DNA from: Candidatus Saccharimonadales bacterium
GTDB taxonomy: Bacteria; Patescibacteriota; Saccharimonadia; Saccharimonadales; JAUPVS01
DNA: 64,000 nt
NCBI GenBank assembly: GCA_039920385.1
Contig: JBDSDR010000004.1
Span: forward strand, 20,125-84,124
Direction of reading: 5' to 3'
Positions within the stretch are counted from its first letter, which is position 1. Each line of letters starts with the position of its first letter. The notes beneath the pieces were generated by a model. That model had not been told where the DNA came from and made no database searches. It was given only the letters and a program-made list of their open reading frames with translations. Shown here piece by piece: positions 8,234 to 17,154 of this stretch. A program made the translations under genes and the position numbers.

Positions 8234-10656
8234 TGGCGCAAATTAGTTGCAACTTGCAAAGCCCAAGAGCCGCCAAAGCTCGATTCGGCGTACCGTTTGA
8301 TGCTAAGTTGATCAGGGTACTTGTATGGCTAGTAGTACTTGGTAGTTTAGTCGGCTGGTTCTGGGGGGTGTTTATTCAACACCAACTTGTTGCCCACCTG
8401 CTGTTTGCTCTAAGTGGCACGTTGGCTATACCGCTTTTTTGGTACTACGGTGAATTAAAGGAACTGGCACCAATTTATCGTGATGGCCAAACTATTGATA
8501 TTAGCGATTTGCTTAGCCGCCGAATGCTTGCCAAGATGCGCAAGGACATGACCCCGCAAGACTTAGCAAAAATGGTTGCCAACCAGCAGGGTGCTTATTT
8601 CTTTGGGGCGCGTTTTGGGGTTGGCCCTAACTTGATTCAAAACTTTTCGTCGCAGGATCCAGCTCAGCTTGATACAGTTTGGCAAAACGCTTTGGGGATT
8701 GTTCATAAAACTATGAGTGATCGGATTGACTCGGCTGTCATTGTGGCATCATTGGTCATGTCGATTCCGGGCTACGAACAGCACCTAGCCCAATTACAGC
8801 TTGATATGGATGACATCTTATCTGGTGTCGGTTGGCGTCATCATATGCGCGAGATGCGTGATCGCTATCGTGAGAAACGTCATTATGGTGGTATCGGCCG
8901 AGATCTTGGGTTTGGCTGGGCGCCAATCTTGAACCACGTTGGCTTTAACATAACAAACTCAATCCAAACTGGCGGCATCCTGCGCCGACAGGTGGAGAGC
9001 CGAGTCCAAACAATCGACCAAATTATCCACTTGCTTGGTCAGCCCGGTAGGCGAAATGCCGTCTTAGTCGGCGAAGTCGGCGTAGGCAAGACAACACTCG
9101 TTTATACGGTTGCTCAAAAGTTATTGCAAAGTCCAAAATCGGTGCCTTCGACTCTTCGTTATCAGCAAGTGATCGAACTTGATGCTGCCCGTTTGATAGC
9201 AAGTGCTAAAGGGCGTGGGCAATTAGAGGAATTACTGATACATATATTTAACGAAGCCATAAACGCTAAAAACGTTATAATTTTTTTGGATGAAGCCCAA
9301 CTCTTTTTGCGAGAAGGAACTGGTGCCGTCGACCTTTCCAATATCCTTTTGCCAGTCCTAGAGGGAGGGGCTCTTAAAATTGTCTTAGCGCTTGATAATC
9401 AGGAATGGCTGCGGTTGGCTCAGGTCAATCCCGGTCTAGTCCAATCGCTTAACCGGGTAGTAGTTAACCCGTTGGGCTTTGAAGAAACGGTCAAGATTAT
9501 TGAGGACCAAACTCTGCTTATCGAGGGCAAGCATCAGATAGTACTGATGAACCAGGCTATCAAAGAGGCCTACAAACTGGCCGAACGTTTTATTCATGAA
9601 CAGGCCTTCCCAGGCAAGGCCCTCAAGTTACTTGATGCAGCGGCTGGTTTTCCGGAACAGAAGACTTTCGTGACAGCTCGGTCCGTCCAGGAAGCAGTTG
9701 AGAAAACCTTTGATATTAAAGTCCAAACTGCCAGCACGTTTGAAGAAAAAGATACTTTGTTAAATCTTGAAGCCAAAATTCACGAGAGAATGATTAATCA
9801 GACCCGCGCCGTCAAGCTAGTTAGCGATGCTCTGCGGCGAGCCCGAACTGGCGTATCTAATCAAAGTAAACCAATCGGTACGTTTCTGTTTCTGGGGCCA
9901 ACCGGTGTCGGTAAGACAGAATTATCTAAAGCTTTAGCTGACGTCTATTTTGGCGGTGAGCAAAAAATAGTTAGAATCGATCTGAACGAATTTTCTCATG
10001 CCGATGATACTAACCGCTTGCTAGCAGTTGGCGCCAACGATCCCTATAGTCTTTGCGCCCAAATTGCGAAACAGCCATTTAGTGTAGTTTTGCTGGATGA
10101 AATCGAAAAAGCTCACCCCAATGTGCTGAATTTACTGCTCCAAATGCTTGACGAAGGTATGCTGCGGGATGCCGCAAATAAGCCAATTAGCTTCAGGGAT
10201 TCGATTATTATTGCTACCAGTAATGCGGGCGCCGATAAGATTAGGGCTCATATTGAGCAAGGTCAACAACTTGAGCAGTTTGAAGAAGATTTTGTAAACG
10301 AGCTTATTGACGAGCAGGTTTTCCGCCCAGAGTTTATTAACCGTTTCGACGAAATAATACTATTCCGCCCCCTAACAAAGCCAGAATTAATGCAAGTCGT
10401 TGATTTGCTTATGAACGGTATCAATAAGGGCTTAGCATCACGCAAAATTACTGTTTCGCTGACAGAGGCGGCTAAAGGTCTTTTAGTTGACAAGGGTTAC
10501 GACCCTCGACTAGGCGCCCGCCCGTTGCGGCGTGTTGTTCAGCGCTCTGTCGAAAACGTGGTGGCGCACCGACTTCTGTCGGGGGGAGTAACGCCGGGAC
10601 AAGTACTGCAACTCGATGCCCCCGAGCTACAGACCTCGTTGGATGAGCGCCACTAA
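8233..10656 (+). CDS. ClpA/ClpB-family AAA+ ATPase with N-terminal transmembrane segments
   Basis: Two AAA modules (GEVGVGKT/FLDEAQ and GPTGVGKT/LLDEIEK), FRPEFINRFD, GARPLRR; two N-terminal TMs. Confidence 0.9.
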   Translation: MAQISCNLQSPRAAKARFGVPFDAKLIRVLVWLVVLGSLVGWFWGVFIQHQLVAHLLFALSGTLAIPLFWYYGELKELAPIYRDGQTIDISDLLSRRMLAKMRKDMTPQDLAKMVANQQGAYFFGARFGVGPNLIQNFSSQDPAQLDTVWQNALGIVHKTMSDRIDSAVIVASLVMSIPGYEQHLAQLQLDMDDILSGVGWRHHMREMRDRYREKRHYGGIGRDLGFGWAPILNHVGFNITNSIQTGGILRRQVESRVQTIDQIIHLLGQPGRRNAVLVGEVGVGKTTLVYTVAQKLLQSPKSVPSTLRYQQVIELDAARLIASAKGRGQLEELLIHIFNEAINAKNVIIFLDEAQLFLREGTGAVDLSNILLPVLEGGALKIVLALDNQEWLRLAQVNPGLVQSLNRVVVNPLGFEETVKIIEDQTLLIEGKHQIVLMNQAIKEAYKLAERFIHEQAFPGKALKLLDAAAGFPEQKTFVTARSVQEAVEKTFDIKVQTASTFEEKDTLLNLEAKIHERMINQTRAVKLVSDALRRARTGVSNQSKPIGTFLFLGPTGVGKTELSKALADVYFGGEQKIVRIDLNEFSHADDTNRLLAVGANDPYSLCAQIAKQPFSVVLLDEIEKAHPNVLNLLLQMLDEGMLRDAANKPISFRDSIIIATSNAGADKIRAHIEQGQQLEQFEEDFVNELIDEQVFRPEFINRFDEIILFRPLTKPELMQVVDLLMNGINKGLASRKITVSLTEAAKGLLVDKGYDPRLGARPLRRVVQRSVENVVAHRLLSGGVTPGQVLQLDAPELQTSLDERH

Positions 10657-10687
10657 AGCTTCCTATCTGTTATAATAGCTGGGACTT

Positions 10688-10762
10688 GCGGGATTCGTAT
10701 AGCGGTTAATATAAAAGTTTTCCAAACTTTGGACACCGGTTCGACTCCGGTATCCCGCACCA
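10688..10762 (+). tRNA. tRNA-Gly(TCC)
   Basis: Acceptor stem GCGGGAT/ATCCCGC, anticodon arm AAAGT-TTTCCAA-ACTTT, GGTTCGACTCC, CCA. Confidence 0.93.
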
Positions 10763-10770
10763 AGTCATTC

Positions 10771-10847
10771 GCCCTGGTAGCTCAGTTGGATAGAGCAGGA
10801 GACTTCTAAGCTCAAGGTCGCTGGTTCGAATCCAGCCCGGGGCACCA
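10771..10847 (+). tRNA. tRNA-Arg(TCT)
   Basis: Acceptor stem GCCCTGG/CCGGGGC, loop CTTCTAA, GGTTCGAATCC, CCA; anticodon stem imperfect. Confidence 0.9.
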
Positions 10848-10903
10848 GCGTTGTAAAAACAAGTAGTTTAGGGTATAATCACCTCTGTTTTCAGTATAAA
10901 TTT

Positions 10904-10981
10904 GGCGGGTGTAGCTCATCTGGTTAGAGCGCCGGGTTGTGGTTCCGGAGGTAGTGGGTTCGATCCCCATCACTCGCCCCA
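10904..10981 (+). tRNA. tRNA-His(GTG)
   Basis: G-1 plus GCGGGTG/CACTCGC, C discriminator, loop TTGTGGT, CCA. Confidence 0.95.
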
Positions 10982-11018
10982 AATAAAATAGGTCAGCCGC
11001 GGCTGGCCTTTTTTATTT
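10982..11018 (+). terminator. Intrinsic terminator after tRNA-His
   Basis: AGGTCAGCC-GC-GGCTGGCCT stem followed by a T-tract. Confidence 0.7.
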
Positions 11019-11032
11019 GGTATGATTAAGGT

Positions 11033-11575
11033 ATGAATACTTACATCGCTTTTTTGCGCGGGATTAATGTCGGCGGTAATAATATGCTCAAGATGCAAGA
11101 CTTAAAAGACTGCCTCGAAAAGAATGGTTACAGCAATGTCCGTACTTATATTCAGAGCGGCAATGTAATACTCGACTCATCTAAAGGTCATGCCGCTGTA
11201 GTGACAGATCTAAAGGCACTTATTAAGAAGGAGTTTGCCATGGACCTGGGCGTAGCAGTTTTTACTGACAAAGAATGGGTTAAAGTAGTCAAAGATGCTC
11301 CAAAAGATTGGGGCAAAGACCCGACTATTTGGCGGCACAACATTTTAATTCTTCTAGAGCCATACGATATGAAGCAAGCCATGAAGGATTTTGGTTTTCC
11401 CAAACCAGACATTGAGGCGCTAACAGAAGGCGACGGTGTTATGTACCAGTCAGGCTCGATAGCCGATAGGGGGCGGACTACCTATAGCAAAATAGTCGGC
11501 AAGCCAATTTATAAACAGTTAACCATCAGAAACTATAATACGGCGCTCAAGATAGCTACTTTATTTCAAGACTAA
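11033..11575 (+). CDS. DUF1697 family protein
   Basis: YIAFLRGINVGG, VRTYIQSGNV and TIRN signature motifs. Confidence 0.9.
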   Translation: MNTYIAFLRGINVGGNNMLKMQDLKDCLEKNGYSNVRTYIQSGNVILDSSKGHAAVVTDLKALIKKEFAMDLGVAVFTDKEWVKVVKDAPKDWGKDPTIWRHNILILLEPYDMKQAMKDFGFPKPDIEALTEGDGVMYQSGSIADRGRTTYSKIVGKPIYKQLTIRNYNTALKIATLFQD

Positions 11576-13095
11576 AATTCGTGTAGAACGGTAATTTTAG
11601 CACCTAATGAGTTTAGCCGATCGGCTAAATCTTCGTAGCCACGATTTATGGTGTAAACATTGCGTAGCATCGAAGTGCCGGGAGCCGAAAGCATACCGAT
11701 TAGGATCATAACGGCTGGTCTAATACCGCTTGGGCAAACCATATCGGCTGCCTTGAAGCGAGTTGGACCAGTTATGAAGACACGATGTGGATCGGCCAAT
11801 TCAACGTTGACGCCAATCTTTTTCATTTCGGTATACATTAGGGCCCGGTCTTCGTAGACCCAGTCGTGAATTAAAGTCCTACCACGAGCCACAGCGGCGA
11901 TTGGTACGAAGTAAGGGAGGTGGTCAATATTAAGGCCAGGAAAAATATTAGGATGAATCTTATCGGCCGGTGCTTGCAAACTACCATTATGTTTTTGAAC
12001 TTCTAGGTCAACTAAGTCTGTATGGCCATTTTCGGCTTTATAAGTTTCGGTAATTGTATAACCAAGGCCCATTTTTTCGAGCTTTAAAAGTTCTAGTTCC
12101 ATGAATTCAATCGGTACACGCTTGATGGTGATGGCTGAGTTAGTGGTAATGGCAGCCGCCAAGAAGGTCATTGCTTCAACCGGGTCTTCGCTCGGCGCGT
12201 AAGTAATATTCTTTTTAATCTCTTTAAGACCATGTACGTGTAGGGTACTACTGCCAATGCCGGTTATTTTGATACCCAGCTTCTGTAAGTAGAAGCAGAG
12301 GTCTTGGACCATATAGTTAGCGCTAGCCATTTTAATAACCGTTTCACCTTCGGTGCAAGCTGCCGCCATTAATAAGTTTTCGGTAGTTGTGTCGCCAGAC
12401 TCGTATAGGACAACCGGGCGAGTAGGTAGGTGCTTATTAACGGTTACATGATAGTGGCCCGTACGAGTAAAGACATCGACGCCAAACTCTTGTAGCCCAT
12501 ATAAATGAGGGAGAACAGTCCGCCGGCCCAGTTCGCAGCCGCCAGCATATGGGATTTTGAAGTCATTAAGGGAGTGCATCAGCGGGCCAATAAACATAAT
12601 TACGCTGCGGGTTTTACGGGCCGCGACCTTGTTCATTTTTTCAATATCAAACACCGCCGGTGGTTTAATTTCTAAATCATTGCCGGGCAACCAGCGCACA
12701 TGTACACCTATACTTAGGAGGACTTCAATTAACCGGTTAACCTCTTCAATCCGGGCGACGTTTTTGAGTTTGGTAGTACCCTTGTTGAGGAGGCTGGCGC
12801 AGATTAAGGCAACAGCAGCATTTTTACTTGTTTTAAGGGTAATCTCGCCATGTAATTCGTGCCCTCCCTCAATATGCAAATTAACAGCTCCTTCGCTGAT
12901 GCTAATCAACGGTTTTTGCAGAACTTCACTAATTCGGCCAAGAGTTTCTAGGCTGAGATTTTGTTTGCCGTGTTCGATTCGGTTAACGGCTGACTGGCTG
13001 GTACTGAGTCGACGAGCGAACTCAGCTTGAGTTAGGCCACGCTCTTGTCTTATTTGGTAAATAAGTTGGCCAATTTTTTGATTTGTTTCGGACAT
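11572..13095 (-). CDS. murA: UDP-N-acetylglucosamine 1-carboxyvinyltransferase with an N-terminal XRE HTH
   Basis: HTH LTQAEFARRLSTSQSAVNRIE; SKNAA, AGGCELGRR (catalytic Cys) and INRGYE motifs. Confidence 0.92.
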   Translation of the reverse strand: MSETNQKIGQLIYQIRQERGLTQAEFARRLSTSQSAVNRIEHGKQNLSLETLGRISEVLQKPLISISEGAVNLHIEGGHELHGEITLKTSKNAAVALICASLLNKGTTKLKNVARIEEVNRLIEVLLSIGVHVRWLPGNDLEIKPPAVFDIEKMNKVAARKTRSVIMFIGPLMHSLNDFKIPYAGGCELGRRTVLPHLYGLQEFGVDVFTRTGHYHVTVNKHLPTRPVVLYESGDTTTENLLMAAACTEGETVIKMASANYMVQDLCFYLQKLGIKITGIGSSTLHVHGLKEIKKNITYAPSEDPVEAMTFLAAAITTNSAITIKRVPIEFMELELLKLEKMGLGYTITETYKAENGHTDLVDLEVQKHNGSLQAPADKIHPNIFPGLNIDHLPYFVPIAAVARGRTLIHDWVYEDRALMYTEMKKIGVNVELADPHRVFITGPTRFKAADMVCPSGIRPAVMILIGMLSAPGTSMLRNVYTINRGYEDLADRLNSLGAKITVLHEF

Positions 13096-13172
13096 GTTTC
13101 TCTATTATATACCCCGCAAGGTATTTTAAAAGTACTTTTTGGTTTAGTTACATTGTCATCTACAATAGGGAT

Positions 13173-14450
13173 ATGCAGGATACAATTATCGCCAAATTGA
13201 TTAAGGCCGAAGAAAAACGCCAGCGCGAAGGTCTAGAACTTATACCGTCTGAAAACTATGTAACGCGCGACATTTTAACGGCTATGGGCAGTGTTTTTAC
13301 CAACAAATACTCCGAAGGTTACCCTGGTAAACGTTATTACGGTGGCCAAGAGAACACCGATCAAGTCGAACAGCTGGCAATTGATCGAGCAAAAAAACTG
13401 TTTAACTGTGCCCATGCTAATGTTCAGCCGCACTCTGGTGCCCAGGCCAACGAAGCTGTTTATCATGCTTGGCTGGAGCCTGGCGACACAGTTTTAGCGA
13501 TGGACTTGGGCCATGGTGGGCACTTAACGCACGGCCATCCAGTCACTGTATTGGCTCGGCAATATAACTTTATTCGCTACAAAATGAAAAATATCGAAAC
13601 TGGTGAGATCGATTATGATGAACTTCGAGAGCTTGCCCAAAAACACAAACCAAAAATTATCTTGGCCGGCTTTAGTGCATACCCGCGCGAACTTGATTAC
13701 GCTAAGTTCGCCGAAATTGGTAACGAAGTTGGCGCCATGTTAATGGCCGATATGGCGCATATCGCTGGCTTAATTGCCGGTAAGGTCGCCAAGAATCCTT
13801 TTGACTACGGATTCCACGTTATTACAACTACAACTCATAAGACTCTCCGGGGCCCGCGTGGCGGTATGATTCTAAGCCAGGGAACGGTCGGCAACCCGCT
13901 TAAAAAGGTTGAGAAAACTCTAGATAACTTACCGACATTAATTGATAGAATGGTTTTCCCGGGAGTACAGGGCGGCCCCCACGAACATATTATCGCTGCT
14001 AAGGCGGTGGCTTTTGGCGAGGCTCTTAAGCCAGAATTTCATGACTATGCTCAACAGATATTACTCAACGCCAAGCGACTTAGCCAGGAACTGCTTAAGC
14101 AAGGTTTTAGTTTAGTTACTGGTGGGACCGACAACCATCTAATGTTAGCTGATGTTTATAAGGCTTTTGGTGTCGACGGTAAAGTTGTTGAAGAAGCACT
14201 CGATAAAATTGGCTTAACTCTCAATAAAAATGCCGTTGCTGACGACCCGCTACCACCATTTAAACCAAGTGGTATTCGTTTAGGGACGCCAGCGATTACC
14301 ACACGGGGCCTAAAAGAAGACGATATGGCATTAATAGCCAGCTGGATGAAGCAGGCAATTGAGTCACGGGATGATCCGACAGCTCTCGAAGCTTTGCGCC
14401 AAACCGTTAAAGCCTTTGCTTTAAAATTCCCACTACCGAGCGACAGCTAA
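13173..14450 (+). CDS. glyA: Serine hydroxymethyltransferase
   Basis: LIPSENY, NKYSEGYPGKRYYGG, TTTTHKTLRGPRGG (PLP lysine), GIRLGTP; start moved to ATG 13173. Confidence 0.97.
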   Translation: MQDTIIAKLIKAEEKRQREGLELIPSENYVTRDILTAMGSVFTNKYSEGYPGKRYYGGQENTDQVEQLAIDRAKKLFNCAHANVQPHSGAQANEAVYHAWLEPGDTVLAMDLGHGGHLTHGHPVTVLARQYNFIRYKMKNIETGEIDYDELRELAQKHKPKIILAGFSAYPRELDYAKFAEIGNEVGAMLMADMAHIAGLIAGKVAKNPFDYGFHVITTTTHKTLRGPRGGMILSQGTVGNPLKKVEKTLDNLPTLIDRMVFPGVQGGPHEHIIAAKAVAFGEALKPEFHDYAQQILLNAKRLSQELLKQGFSLVTGGTDNHLMLADVYKAFGVDGKVVEEALDKIGLTLNKNAVADDPLPPFKPSGIRLGTPAITTRGLKEDDMALIASWMKQAIESRDDPTALEALRQTVKAFALKFPLPSDS

Positions 14451-15493
14451 GAAAAGTCACCCAAAAAACGTACTTCTGGCTCTAGCGTAATACCGAGCTT
14501 TTGACTGACAGTGCTAATAATCTCTTGGACAACTTCATAAATCTCTTGAGCGGTTGCCTGGCCAACATTTTCGATCTTTAGAATGTGATCAGGGTGTAGT
14601 CTTACTTGGCCCCAAGTTTGTCCTCGATTAAAACCAGCTGCCAATAAAACATGAGCGGCCGAGACACGCACACTGCTACCGCCATGGATCTGATTTTGGC
14701 GTAGCAATTGTTGTTTTGTAATGCCTGACTCATCGTAAGAGATGATTGTCTCGACCTGATCGGGTGTTACCACCGGGTTTTTAAAAAAGGAGCCAGCTGT
14801 CCAGGGTCCTTTACTGTTAGTCGAAACTAAGGAACCAGCTCGCCTACGGGTTTCTAAAATAATTGTTCGGCGATTAGCCAGACTGTTAGCTTCTAAGTGG
14901 AGTTCGGAAGCAATTTTTAAAGCCGAGTCATATTCTAAGGGGCCAACCGCGGTTGGTGAAAGTTGGAAAGTGGCATCAAGCACGACTAGTTTACTGTTCT
15001 GTGGTTTTTGTAGGGCGCTTGTTCGGTAGCCGAACTCAAAAGCCTCATTTTCCCAGCTGGTAACAGTACCGGTTTCGGTGTTAAGTATAGTGGCGCCCAC
15101 CAGGCTATCGGCTACTGCATGCCCATAAGCCGCAATATTACCAATCACTGCTGCGCCAGTGCTGCCGGGCACGCCACTAGTAAACTCTAACCCATATAAG
15201 CCCAGCTCAATCAGCTTTTGAATAAAATCGTCCCAAAGCACGCCGCTATCAACTTTTATGGTCGTGGCGTTCAGTTGTTTAATGTGACCCCCCTGGTTCA
15301 TGACAACCGTACCATCCAGACCTTTATCGGAAATTAAACTATTTGTGCCGTAGCCGATAACCCAAATTGGTGACCCGGCTTCCATAACAACACTTTGGAG
15401 ATCTTGACCCGAAGTTTGTATAAAGTTTTTGGCCATGCCACCTACACGCAAAGACGTATAAGGCGCCAGCTCAACATTATGTTGGACATTCAT
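14447..15493 (-). CDS. murB: UDP-N-acetylmuramate dehydrogenase
   Basis: TSLRVGG, GVPGSTG, GNIAAYG, FGYRTS, AGSFFKNP and LEPEV motifs. Confidence 0.92.
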   Translation of the reverse strand: MNVQHNVELAPYTSLRVGGMAKNFIQTSGQDLQSVVMEAGSPIWVIGYGTNSLISDKGLDGTVVMNQGGHIKQLNATTIKVDSGVLWDDFIQKLIELGLYGLEFTSGVPGSTGAAVIGNIAAYGHAVADSLVGATILNTETGTVTSWENEAFEFGYRTSALQKPQNSKLVVLDATFQLSPTAVGPLEYDSALKIASELHLEANSLANRRTIILETRRRAGSLVSTNSKGPWTAGSFFKNPVVTPDQVETIISYDESGITKQQLLRQNQIHGGSSVRVSAAHVLLAAGFNRGQTWGQVRLHPDHILKIENVGQATAQEIYEVVQEIISTVSQKLGITLEPEVRFLGDFS

Positions 15494-15553
15494 TAACCAT
15501 TATTATACGGCTTTTGCTTGCAATGACTAGGCGGGGGCCGTAACATAGAATTA

Positions 15554-16090
15554 ATGAGTGAGCCAAAACACAATATAACACCGTACAAACGTCTTGGTTT
15601 TCGGTTAAAAAAACTGCGCGAAACGTCACATCAAAGCTTGGCCGAAGTATCGGGAGCTGTCGAAATTGAGCCAGAAAACTTAGCTAGCATCGAAAACGGT
15701 GAGTACCGACCCAGTGAAGATGTTTTATTGCTACTGATTAGCCATTTTGACCCCAAAGAAGATGAAGCCGTCCGTATATGGGAATTAGCCGGATATGACG
15801 AGAGGCCAACAACAGCGGATGAGTCAGCAAATACCAAGCCAATTATTATGATGGTGCAGCCCGATAACCGAGTTATTTATAGTGACGCCGTGAATGTTGT
15901 CGGTGGCCCTCAAGGTTTTGTCATAAACTTCTTACAAACCCAGGGTAAAGGTGAGGCGCTAGCTATCTCGCGAGTTGGTATGAGCCGCGAACAGGCCTTT
16001 AAGGTCTTTGAAGCAATTGGCCAAAGTTTGCAAAGTAAAACATCTGAGCCTAGACTCTTGCCAAGCCCCAGAGACAGCGTAGATGATTAA
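15554..16090 (+). CDS. XRE-family HTH protein with a C-terminal DUF3467-like domain
   Basis: N-terminal HTH (LKKLRE...SLAEVS...IENGEYRPS); C-terminal IYSDAVNV...FVINF...RVGMS. Confidence 0.7.
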   Translation: MSEPKHNITPYKRLGFRLKKLRETSHQSLAEVSGAVEIEPENLASIENGEYRPSEDVLLLLISHFDPKEDEAVRIWELAGYDERPTTADESANTKPIIMMVQPDNRVIYSDAVNVVGGPQGFVINFLQTQGKGEALAISRVGMSREQAFKVFEAIGQSLQSKTSEPRLLPSPRDSVDD

Positions 16091-16205
16091 CCATTGCATA
16101 ATAACCTAGAACTTTATAACCATCAGTGCGTACGCTTAGCTGAAAATTCGATAGTTTTACAACAACAATCGGTAATTAATTATTTGCGCTATACTGGTAG
16201 GGAAG

Positions 16206-16832
16206 ATGGTTAAAAAAATAGTATCTCTAAAAGCTTGGACGCTCGATAGAACCTGGCCCTTTATATTGGCAATTGGTGGGGTGATTGGGCTATTCGCATC
16301 ACTGGAGATTACGCTAGATAAGATTAACCTTTTGGCTAACCCTAAGTTTGTCCCCAACTGCGACATCAATCCCATAATTAGTTGTGGTTCAGTCATGAAT
16401 ACGCCGCAAGCCAGCGTCTTTGGGATTATGAATTCACTGATTGGCGTGATGGCTTTTGCAATTGTTATGACTATTGGTTTTACGCTGTTGGCGGGGGCCT
16501 CATACACTAAAATAAAACGTTGGTTCTGGGTAGCTTTACAGCTTGGCACCATCTTTGGGCTAGGGTTTGTTCACTGGCTAATATTCCAGACAATTTACCG
16601 AATTGGCGCGCTCTGCCCTTACTGTATGGTTGTGTGGTCAGTTATGATACCAATTTTTTGGTATACCACTCTATACAACCTTCGCTCAGGGGTGATTGCT
16701 ACACCAAAACCTCTAAAAGGGCTGGTAGTATTTTTGCAGAAACACCATGGCGATGTCATAGTGGTATGGTTTCTAGCCATTCTAACCATGATCCTGACGC
16801 ATTTTTGGTATTATTGGAAAACTCTAATTTAA
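16206..16832 (+). CDS. Vitamin K epoxide reductase (VKOR) family disulfide-formation protein
   Basis: CDINPIISC loop cysteines and CPYC active site; multiple TMs. Confidence 0.92.
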   Translation: MVKKIVSLKAWTLDRTWPFILAIGGVIGLFASLEITLDKINLLANPKFVPNCDINPIISCGSVMNTPQASVFGIMNSLIGVMAFAIVMTIGFTLLAGASYTKIKRWFWVALQLGTIFGLGFVHWLIFQTIYRIGALCPYCMVVWSVMIPIFWYTTLYNLRSGVIATPKPLKGLVVFLQKHHGDVIVVWFLAILTMILTHFWYYWKTLI

Positions 16833-16912
16833 CAATAGTTCTTAATAAGTGATTAAAATCACGGCAATTTATTCAGCTTTCTTTTACTATTAGTATGTAA
16901 AGGGAGGGAAGC

Positions 16913-16999
16913 ATGAATAAATCAGGCATAAAAGATGACAAGCAGGATCAGGCAACCACCCGGCGGCGTAAATTTTGGCAACACTTTATCGAGTATTAA
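16913..16999 (+). CDS. Putative 28-aa peptide
   Basis: MNKSGIKDDKQDQATTRRRKFWQHFIEY preceded by a strong AGGGAGG SD-like sequence. Confidence 0.4.
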   Translation: MNKSGIKDDKQDQATTRRRKFWQHFIEY

Positions 17000-17040
17000 G
17001 TTCTTCTCTGGTGCTAATCTGTTATAATAGGGCTCGATAT

Positions 17041-17117
17041 GTGCCCGTAGCTCAGTGGATTAGAGCATCTGTCTTCGGAACAGAGGGTCGGGGGTTCGAA
17101 TCCCTCCGGGCACACCA
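17041..17117 (+). tRNA. tRNA-Arg(TCG)
   Basis: Acceptor stem GTGCCCG/CGGGCAC, TCTGT-CTTCGGA-ACAGA anticodon arm, CCA; TGTTATAAT promoter upstream. Confidence 0.96.
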
Positions 17118-17127
17118 GATTAATATT

Positions 17128-17150
17128 CCTAGCAACAGCTAGGTTTTTTA
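17128..17150 (+). terminator. Intrinsic terminator after tRNA-Arg(TCG)
   Basis: CCTAGC-AACA-GCTAGG followed by a T-tract. Confidence 0.7.
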
Positions 17151-17154
17151 TTTT

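Noticed and set aside
10688-10762. Non-proteinogenic cell-wall tRNA-Gly
   Set aside because: D- and anticodon stems are AT-rich, but the GG and TTC loop motifs are intact, so there is no support for a specialised role.
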